This document shows, piece by piece, positions 56,886-64,000 of a stretch of 64,000 nt of DNA (position 1 is its first letter; every line of letters begins with the position of its first letter). Both the position numbers and the translations under genes were made by a program. Origin of the DNA: a phage. The notes beneath the pieces are model-generated. The model was given only the letters and a program-made list of their open reading frames with translations. It was not told the DNA's origin and made no database searches. The stretch is taken from sequence record PV467749.1. One strand, 5' to 3'.

Positions 56886-57494
56886 TTATTGTAGTTGGAC
56901 ACGAACTGTGTATTTGATTTGCAAAACACGGTTAGCACTTTTCTCAACTGGGTGAAAAATAATATGGGTAAGTGGAATACCGCTATCACCATTTGTATAT
57001 AAACCCAATTCGTCAAATACATATGTCCCATCCATGCTAGTACCAGAGCTAACACCTTGGTCAGATGGCTCACCTAAACCTAATGTACAAATACAGACGA
57101 TATCAGTGTAAGCTTGACCTGGAATGTGAACAGTTGTAATGTTGTTATATTGTGAATCAATACCAGCAGAGATACGTGGGTTGATTTTTTTCAGATAAGT
57201 CTGAGAATATAGACCACCGAAAGAAGTAACGCGTGGTTTCTTGTATGTGATACGACCAGTACTCAAAACTACTGTTCCACCATTACCAAAACGCATCTCA
57301 CTAATAGATCCAATAGGAATACCAGTACTATCTTGATTATAAGCCAACGCATTAGCAATAGCAGTACTCATATTTTCAGGGTGAATTGCGTTTGATTTAT
57401 CCAAAACGATTTTTTGGTTAGATGGATCAGTAACGTCAGTAATTAGTACATGACCCTTAACAAATAGTTTTGGTTGTTCTGTTTCTAATTTCAT
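56886..57494 (-). CDS. putative tail structural protein (202 aa)
   Basis: ATG with AAGGA RBS; co-oriented with flanking tail genes. Confidence 0.7.
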   Translation of the reverse strand: MKLETEQPKLFVKGHVLITDVTDPSNQKIVLDKSNAIHPENMSTAIANALAYNQDSTGIPIGSISEMRFGNGGTVVLSTGRITYKKPRVTSFGGLYSQTYLKKINPRISAGIDSQYNNITTVHIPGQAYTDIVCICTLGLGEPSDQGVSSGTSMDGTYVFDELGLYTNGDSGIPLTHIIFHPVEKSANRVLQIKYTVRVQLQ

Positions 57495-57503
57495 TTCTAA
57501 TCC

Positions 57504-58001
57504 TTAGTAGTTAATTAAAATTTGTTCTAACTTACCAGCTAAACTTTTTTGTACATCAGATGGATACTTGCTAATGTAATCACGGTCAATACCAACTTTC
57601 AGATAGGTAAAGTTTCCGGTTAAGGTTTCAGCGAATGTACCAGTTGTACCTTGTTCTCTAATAAGGTCGCCGCCATTTGGGTTAAGAATGACATTATCAG
57701 TAAATTCAAGATAGAAGTTGCAGCTTTCGGTAAATTTAATTGGGAACCAATCATCGTCAGATGGATTACTTGCCAGTGTAGCGAGTACGTAAATTCTACC
57801 AATGAAGTTACGTAGGGTAAAGGATATTGTATGTAATCCTGTAGTACTACCATAATAGCCGCCACTAGCTAATGGTAATGTTTGTTCGTTCCAATGATAA
57901 TCTAAGTTAGCAGGATACCAGCTATCTGATTCAGGAAATTCTTGCCATGAACCATCTTTAGTTTTTCTTTTGAAGAGGAAGTCTTTTGATCTTAATGCCA
58001 T
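57504..58001 (-). CDS. putative tail structural protein (165 aa)
   Basis: ATG with AAAAGGG RBS; first gene of minus-strand tail cluster. Confidence 0.7.
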   Translation of the reverse strand: MALRSKDFLFKRKTKDGSWQEFPESDSWYPANLDYHWNEQTLPLASGGYYGSTTGLHTISFTLRNFIGRIYVLATLASNPSDDDWFPIKFTESCNFYLEFTDNVILNPNGGDLIREQGTTGTFAETLTGNFTYLKVGIDRDYISKYPSDVQKSLAGKLEQILINY

Positions 58002-58110
58002 TGTTAAGCCCTTTTAGTAGTGAACTTTCATTTATTTATTAATGGCAACGAAATGTATTTTGTACTGATAAATATTGGTATATGACATTAACTCATACAA
58101 GGGAAATATT

Positions 58111-59238
58111 ATGACAATTTCATTCAACAATGGGTCAGGTGGTTCATGTAATAATTCTGGCATCAAAAGTTTAGTTATTAACGCTGCTGGACATTTAATT
58201 GTAACCTATTCCGACAATACAATCCAAGACCTAGGTCTAGTGGTTGGACAAAATGGTGCTAACGGTAGAAACTTTTATCCAAATGAGATAGGTTTTGAAG
58301 TTCCTAATGAACTCTTCCGTGTTGGTGAAGAACTAGGGTGGTGTTATCTTAGTCTTGCAAACGGCACTAGTACTTTATATTTTAAATCAAACGATGCCCA
58401 AGAAACAATTAGTACTTGGAACCGTGTAGAGTTTGGTAAAGGTGATACTGGTGAAGCTGGTAAACCATTCCACATTGACAGTTCTGGTACGGCGTTTCCA
58501 ACAACTGGTCTTTTCGATAATTACACATTCTATAATACTGAAGATGGTAAATTATATTTCTATCAAAGCGTAACTGCAACATGGAGTGATGGTATTCCTT
58601 TCCGTGGTGAACAAGGTCTACGTGGTCGTTTCCATATTGATAGTACTGGTAGTCAATTCCCAAGCATTGATAATCTACCACAAGATTATTGCTTCTATAA
58701 CACGACAGATGGTAATTTGTATTATGTCGATATCGTAACTACATCATCAACCCCAACTAAAGAGTGGAGTGCTGGTATCTTATTCCGTGGAAAAGACGGT
58801 GAAGAAGGTAAGCAAGGTGAACAAGGTATTCAGGGTGAACCAGGTAAAGATACAGTTGTTATTATCAACACTATTGATCATTCATGGACTAACGCATTGT
58901 TAGTTATTGGTACATGCCCTGCTGGATACCTAGTAACTAATATCGAAGTTGATATTAACCAAGCATATGATGAACCAGTAAATGAAATGTTTGTACGTTT
59001 CGGTGGTGAAGCACAAGAAGATATTGGTGGTACTGTAATTGCACCTGTTGATTATTTCGATATCAACCGCAAAATGCGTTACATTGTTAACGAAACCAAC
59101 CACGAAGTATCAAGTAAAGATGAAATCATTTCTTGTGTATTCAATGATTCCGTAAACAACAGTTCATTTGGTGAAATGAAGATCGTTTGTACTTTATCAT
59201 GGCAAGCACCTATTCAGCCTATTCAAGATAACATTTAA
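58111..59238 (+). CDS. tail fiber protein with collagen-like Gly-X-Y repeats
   Basis: Start at ATG (MTISFNNG) with AAGGGAAA RBS; GEAGKPF, GEQGLRGRF, GKDGEEGKQGEQGIQGEPGKD repeats. Confidence 0.8.
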   Translation: MTISFNNGSGGSCNNSGIKSLVINAAGHLIVTYSDNTIQDLGLVVGQNGANGRNFYPNEIGFEVPNELFRVGEELGWCYLSLANGTSTLYFKSNDAQETISTWNRVEFGKGDTGEAGKPFHIDSSGTAFPTTGLFDNYTFYNTEDGKLYFYQSVTATWSDGIPFRGEQGLRGRFHIDSTGSQFPSIDNLPQDYCFYNTTDGNLYYVDIVTTSSTPTKEWSAGILFRGKDGEEGKQGEQGIQGEPGKDTVVIINTIDHSWTNALLVIGTCPAGYLVTNIEVDINQAYDEPVNEMFVRFGGEAQEDIGGTVIAPVDYFDINRKMRYIVNETNHEVSSKDEIISCVFNDSVNNSSFGEMKIVCTLSWQAPIQPIQDNI

Positions 59239-59252
59239 AAGAGGGTTGATAA

Positions 59253-59288
59253 ATGGCAGTTTTTTCCAATTTAGAAGGGACCATGATG
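59253..59288 (+). repeat. direct repeat (copy 1) covering start of tailspike gene
   Basis: atggcagttttttccaatttagaagggaccatga; about 32/34 identical to copy at 61409. Confidence 0.75.
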
Positions 59289-61394
59289 CCAACATTCAAG
59301 TTGGGTAAACGTGGTGCTTCTATTAATTTTGTAAACGATTCTGTCGCAATCAAAGACTTTTTAGGCGAAACGTTCCTACCTGTTAAGGTGGGAACTCCTA
59401 ATGACGATGATTCCGCAGTAAACGTTAGGTATCTTGAAGATAACCCAAATGCTTTATTTGGCGTACTTCCACCAACAAATGACATTGGTAAAAATAACAA
59501 CACTTATTTTCAAGTTGATTCTGAGGGTATTGTTGATATCTTTGCAAAAACAAATGATGTTTGGGTAAAATCATTATACATTAATAAAAATGTCCTTTCC
59601 AGTGTTAACGGTGCTGATTATATCGGACTTATTACTGGAGGAACACTTCAACAGGCACAGTTTTACATAACTCCAGAAGAGTTTGGTGCAAAAGGTGATG
59701 GCATCACTGATGACACGGCGGCGGTTAACGCATGTGCAGTTTATGCTAAAGAACACAAAATCCAAATTCAAGCTGGTGGTAATTATCGTATCAGAACTGC
59801 TGTTTATTTGAATGATATTCAATGGTTTGGTGGTACAATCACTGGTAACGGTGGCACAATGGTATCGGTACTGAATAGTACAATCCAACAAGCAACATTA
59901 ACAGGATGTTATTTAAAATTCTTTGGTGGTAATGGTAAATTTTATTTTAATAAATTTATTAATATTACAAGTACTGCTGCATTTCTAATGCAAGGTATGA
60001 CTGAATCAGGTACTATCGACTTCTGCTTTAATGAAATGACACAATGTAAGTACGGTGTTCTTCAGCAAGGCACTGGTGAGAAAATGACCGTTGGGCGTTA
60101 TTCATACAACCACATCCATGATATATATGGTGATGCAATTGAATTGAACGTAGTCAACTCACATTACCCAGACGGATTTGTAATAGAAGGTAACTTGATT
60201 GAAAACGTAGATGGTACAAATGCACCAATTCCTCTTTCAAACTGGGGTATTGGTATCGGTGTTGCAGGTTCTGGTCCTTATGATGTGAATGCTGATGATT
60301 CACAATATGTAAAAAAATTCGTTATAAAAAATAACCGCTTGTACAATGTCCGTCAATGTATTCACGTTGAGTTGGGTAAAGACTTTAAAATTCTCAATAA
60401 TGAAGTTTATCCATCAACGTTGGTATCAATTGGTACTGGTTTGACAACCGCTGGTGTAATTACTTATGGTTCTGTTGATTTTATTATTGATGGCCTATCT
60501 GGGCATCTATTAAATGATCCATCAGTAACTAACCGTATGGTTTCTATTAACTGGGGCGTAACATCTGGTAAATTTGCTGGTCCACCACGAAACTTTAAAT
60601 TATGTAATCTCCACATTCCTGAGTCGTCTATTATTGTGTATACTTCAGGCTCTGATAATTGGCTAAATACTACTGAACTTTCTAATATTACATGTAGTAG
60701 AATTCAATGGCGTGGATTGCCGTCATCTTCCAAGTTTAATAATATCAGTACTAAAGAACTTGATGTTATTGGACAACACCTTGCAACTGAAGGTGAAGGA
60801 GGGGGCTTATATACTCGCTCTAAATATACATATACCAACTGGACTAATTGTGTTGTTCAAGATGATTGTAACATATCAAAATATAGTTTCTCAAGAATGT
60901 ATGTTGACCGTATTGACCAATCATCTAATAACTTTAAAGTAACCACTGCAATTGATGGAACGGGTCATCGTGGACCTGTAGTAATACCTGTAGTTGAACA
61001 GTATTACGTGCCTTATGATGTTTTTCCTGGTGGGAGATATTTCCCAGCAGGAACAATTATCCATAAACAATCAGGTGGAAAATTTATTGTTACAGTAGGT
61101 GGTTCTTTCTTTGGTCGATATGACACAATTAGACAAACAGTTGCAGGACAAACTTATATCGAAGCATTGGGTGTATCATGGGGTGATAATCAATATGCTA
61201 AAGCTGCTGGAACCGAAATCCTAATCACAGGAGCAGGGGAAAATGGCGAAGATTTAAAAACATATATCACTAGAGCAGTTTATGTTGTTAATAATGCGTA
61301 TCGTATCGATATTGCCGATCCGATTGTTACTGCTACCGCAGCAGGGGCATTATTGAAAGCTGCTCAACCAATAACATATATCACCCTATCTTAA
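59253..61394 (+). CDS. tailspike with pectate-lyase-like beta-helix (putative polysaccharide depolymerase)
   Basis: FGAKGDGITDDTAAVNA motif typical of pectate lyase superfamily tailspikes; conserved N-terminal anchor MAVFSNLEGTM shared with next gene. Confidence 0.8.
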   Translation: MAVFSNLEGTMMPTFKLGKRGASINFVNDSVAIKDFLGETFLPVKVGTPNDDDSAVNVRYLEDNPNALFGVLPPTNDIGKNNNTYFQVDSEGIVDIFAKTNDVWVKSLYINKNVLSSVNGADYIGLITGGTLQQAQFYITPEEFGAKGDGITDDTAAVNACAVYAKEHKIQIQAGGNYRIRTAVYLNDIQWFGGTITGNGGTMVSVLNSTIQQATLTGCYLKFFGGNGKFYFNKFINITSTAAFLMQGMTESGTIDFCFNEMTQCKYGVLQQGTGEKMTVGRYSYNHIHDIYGDAIELNVVNSHYPDGFVIEGNLIENVDGTNAPIPLSNWGIGIGVAGSGPYDVNADDSQYVKKFVIKNNRLYNVRQCIHVELGKDFKILNNEVYPSTLVSIGTGLTTAGVITYGSVDFIIDGLSGHLLNDPSVTNRMVSINWGVTSGKFAGPPRNFKLCNLHIPESSIIVYTSGSDNWLNTTELSNITCSRIQWRGLPSSSKFNNISTKELDVIGQHLATEGEGGGLYTRSKYTYTNWTNCVVQDDCNISKYSFSRMYVDRIDQSSNNFKVTTAIDGTGHRGPVVIPVVEQYYVPYDVFPGGRYFPAGTIIHKQSGGKFIVTVGGSFFGRYDTIRQTVAGQTYIEALGVSWGDNQYAKAAGTEILITGAGENGEDLKTYITRAVYVVNNAYRIDIADPIVTATAAGALLKAAQPITYITLS

Positions 61395-61408
61395 AGGAGA
61401 TTATAAAA

Positions 61409-61444
61409 ATGGCAGTTTTTTCTAATTTAGAAGGAACCATGAAG
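61409..61444 (+). repeat. direct repeat (copy 2) covering start of next fiber gene
   Basis: atggcagttttttctaatttagaaggaaccatga. Confidence 0.75.
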
Positions 61445-62308
61445 AAGACCTTCATACTTGGTAAAAATGGTGCACAAATTGCCACTAATGGTAATGTTGT
61501 TCAAATCCAGAACTACACGGGTACACAACTTCTTCCTGTTTCAGCAGGTGACCCAACCGCAAATACACACTTGGTTACATTGGGTTATTTGAATACACAT
61601 AGCGGTGGCGGTGGTGGTTCCGGTATTTTACGTGGAACTATTGCACCATCTGAATCAATCGGTGTAGATGGTGACGCTTACTTCTTAGTTGACAGTACTA
61701 ATATTATTCAGATCTATATTAAAGACCTTGGTGTTTGGAAGCCTCTCCAAAGCACAACTCCAGGTACTGATAGTTCTTACGTTACTACTGAAATCGTTCC
61801 TGTATCGGCATTTACATTAGTTCCTGGAACAACTGATCAATATACTTATTCTTTACCTGAATCAGTACATGGTCGTGGACCAGATATTATGGTTCAGCTA
61901 CAGGGTGATCCTGGTAACATCCCACTTGACACTGTATTCCAAACTAACGTCACTGTGAGTGGTATTGGTGACATTACGATTGATGTTATTGGTCAAATCA
62001 CTGAATATACAAGTGTCAAAGTCAACATCATAGGAGCAACAACAATGACAGTACCTTATAGTAAATTAATTAATATAGCAGATTGGGTAGCATCTGGTGA
62101 TGATTACACCATTACTGTTCCAGCGTCAGAACATAACCAAACACCTGACAATTTGTATATTTCTATATATTCAAATAAAACACCAGGCAGTACAGCAGCA
62201 TCACCATTTGAACTGGTAATAACCGAAACTCAAATTGATGCAAGTGGTAATGTTACATTTACTTCTGACGAAGCGTTTAGTGGTAAAATAGTAATTTCCG
62301 GTAAATAA
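61409..62308 (+). CDS. tail fiber/spike protein sharing the N-terminal anchor module
   Basis: N-terminus MAVFSNLEGTMKKTFILGKNGA near-identical to 59253 gene at DNA level for about 34 nt; AAGGAG RBS; terminator downstream. Confidence 0.8.
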   Translation: MAVFSNLEGTMKKTFILGKNGAQIATNGNVVQIQNYTGTQLLPVSAGDPTANTHLVTLGYLNTHSGGGGGSGILRGTIAPSESIGVDGDAYFLVDSTNIIQIYIKDLGVWKPLQSTTPGTDSSYVTTEIVPVSAFTLVPGTTDQYTYSLPESVHGRGPDIMVQLQGDPGNIPLDTVFQTNVTVSGIGDITIDVIGQITEYTSVKVNIIGATTMTVPYSKLINIADWVASGDDYTITVPASEHNQTPDNLYISIYSNKTPGSTAASPFELVITETQIDASGNVTFTSDEAFSGKIVISGK

Positions 62309-62315
62309 AAAAAAT

Positions 62316-62350
62316 AGTCCAGACTATGATTCATCTAGTCTGGATTTTTT
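62316..62350 (+). terminator. intrinsic terminator after fiber gene 61409..62308
   Basis: TCCAGACTA-TGATTCATC-TAGTCTGGA followed by TTTTTT. Confidence 0.8.
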
Positions 62351-62426
62351 ATATCAATAACTAAATATATGTATATTAACAAGGTCAAATGTATTTTATG
62401 CTTTTTGCCTATTTGGAGGGAACTAA

Positions 62427-64000
62427 ATGTACTCGATTAAAACAGATCTCGATATAACTGGTGGTGCAACGGTTGCTAAAGATCTTCTTGTGAAAGGCGA
62501 TGCAGTATTCAATAAAAATCTAACAGTTAATGGAACTGTAACTTTTGCTGACGCTGTATTCACTGCAATTGAAGCAGAAACTGTAGACATTTCATCTACA
62601 CTAGATGTTGCTGGTAAAGCATCATTGAATGGTGGAATTGAAGTTCATGGTAATTCCGTAATTGGTAATTTGCCTGTTGGTTCTGATACTGCAACGATTA
62701 ATTCCAATGCACAATTCCAAAGCCCAGTATCAATGGCAGGTAACCTAACACAAACCGCTGGCACTGCTGTACTAAAAGATACCCAAGTGGCATCAATGGA
62801 TGTTCTTGGAACTTCTTCATTTAAAGGTAATATTACTGCTGAAACTGGCACTACCGCAGCATTTGACAAAATAACTGCAACTGATGCAACATTCACAAAC
62901 ACTGCAACTACTGATATCACATCAACTGGAACTGCAAACTTTAAAGATGTGAATATTTCCGGTACACTAGGTGGAACATTTAGTCTATCTGATGTTAATG
63001 CAACAACTCTAACTGTTTCTGGTTTAACCAGTCTACAAGGTGGTGTTACATTAGGTTCCAACATTACTGGTGTGAATAGTAGTGCAAACTTCCGTGATAT
63101 TAAAATTGGTTCCAATGCTGCAAACACTAACTACCGTTTGAGCTTTAACTATTCTGCTCCAAGTCTTCGTCCAACTGTAATTCTACAGAACGAAATCCAA
63201 TCAGAATTGATGTCTCCAGCTACCCTAAGTGTATTGAAAACTGCATCTTTTGGTGATTCGTCACTATCCACTTTTGGTATTACTGGTAATGGTCTAAACA
63301 AACTAGATTACCTAACAGTATCTGGTAACTCTGTTCAAGATCCAACAACTCCACTATTACAAGTAACTTCAGGTAAAACTAAAGTTCATGATTTCGAAGT
63401 AACAGGAACTGCAACTATTCCTAACATTGAAAGTACTGGTACTGCTAATTTTAATAACATCAACGTATCTGGTACACTCGGTGGTACTTTCAGTCTTGAT
63501 GATATTGAAGCAAACACTCTAACTGTTTCTGGATTAACTAGCCTTGTTGGTGGTGTAACTTTAGGTGCTGATATTTCCGGTGCTAATAGTACTGCTAATT
63601 TTAAAGCAGTAAGTTTAGGACAAAACGCAGCCGATGCTAACGTTAAGTATGGTTTTGCTTATTCTGCCCCTGGTGCTCGCCCAACTGTAATTCTACAAAA
63701 TGAAATTCAGTCTGAGCTAGTATCTCCAGCAGTACTTAATGTACAAAAAACTGCAACCTTTGGTGATGCATCTCTTGCAACCTATGGTATCACAGGTAAC
63801 GGTCTAAACAAACTAGATTATCTATCTATTACTGGTAATGGTACACAAAGTCCAGCTACCCCACAACTACAAGTTGCTGGTAAATCAGTACTAAATGATG
63901 TTGAATTCACTGGTACTGTAACTGGTCTAACTGTTGATGTAAGTGGGCAAGACCTAACTCCTAAATCAGTAGTTGCTGCTGAAGCAATCAAAGGTCAAAC
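62427..64000 (+). CDS. long repetitive tail fiber protein (3'-truncated by window end)
   Basis: ATG with GGAGGG RBS; open to window end; Thr/Gly/Asn/Val-rich with two ~150-aa internal tandem repeats; absent from ORF track because incomplete. Confidence 0.7.
   Translation, partial: MYSIKTDLDITGGATVAKDLLVKGDAVFNKNLTVNGTVTFADAVFTAIEAETVDISSTLDVAGKASLNGGIEVHGNSVIGNLPVGSDTATINSNAQFQSPVSMAGNLTQTAGTAVLKDTQVASMDVLGTSSFKGNITAETGTTAAFDKITATDATFTNTATTDITSTGTANFKDVNISGTLGGTFSLSDVNATTLTVSGLTSLQGGVTLGSNITGVNSSANFRDIKIGSNAANTNYRLSFNYSAPSLRPTVILQNEIQSELMSPATLSVLKTASFGDSSLSTFGITGNGLNKLDYLTVSGNSVQDPTTPLLQVTSGKTKVHDFEVTGTATIPNIESTGTANFNNINVSGTLGGTFSLDDIEANTLTVSGLTSLVGGVTLGADISGANSTANFKAVSLGQNAADANVKYGFAYSAPGARPTVILQNEIQSELVSPAVLNVQKTATFGDASLATYGITGNGLNKLDYLSITGNGTQSPATPQLQVAGKSVLNDVEFTGTVTGLTVDVSGQDLTPKSVVAAEAIKGQ
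62931..63890 (+). repeat. in-frame tandem duplication (two units of about 450-510 nt) inside the terminal fiber gene
   Basis: Protein repeats TGTANFKDVNISGTLGGTFSLSDVNATTLTVSGLTSL... and TGTANFNNINVSGTLGGTFSLDDIEANTLTVSGLTSL...; DNA segment ggtctaaacaaactagatta recurs about 510 nt apart. Confidence 0.75.

Noticed and set aside
62645-63127. Minus-strand ORF 62645..63127 (160 aa)
   Set aside because: Antisense to the repetitive fiber gene beginning at 62427; open frames on the opposite strand are expected in repeat-rich sequence.

Overview
This window is an AT-rich segment of a large virulent T4-like myovirus genome, and nearly all of it is coding. Homology calls are by eye against remembered T4/E. 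coli sequences; no database search was run. Content: (1) replication/recombination genes on the minus strand: RNase H, a family B DNA polymerase, gp46/gp47-like SbcCD nuclease, a gp55-like late sigma factor; (2) a T4-ordered head module: portal, prohead core proteins, gp21-like protease, scaffold, gp23-like major capsid protein; (3) baseplate and tail genes: gp5-like hub with C-terminal lysozyme, a separate T4-lysozyme-like endolysin, gp25-like, gp6-like, a continuous ~3,330-codon ORF, gp15-like; (4) a tail fiber/tailspike cluster including a pectate-lyase-like depolymerase and a collagen-like fiber; (5) accessory genes: a bacterial-type ClpA unfoldase, GroES-like co-chaperonin, NUDIX hydrolase; (6) three paralogous homing-endonuclease-like genes plus a solo GIY-YIG gene and an Endonuclease VII-like gene. 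Regulatory signals are readable: TATAAATA late promoters, sigma70-like early promoters and many hairpin+T-run terminators. No tRNA, rRNA or CRISPR array was found. Gene order is mosaic relative to T4, and the capsule-depolymerase-like tailspike suggests an encapsulated enterobacterial host (inference). I did not find an obvious novel multi-gene defence system; the most unusual items are the ClpA gene, the giant ORF, the shuffled endonuclease family and an ORF-free GC-richer island at 22.6-23.4 kb. CDS coordinates follow the supplied ORF track, with starts moved to in-frame ATG/RBS where the track used TTG/GTG; hand-indexed motif positions may be off by 1-2 nt.
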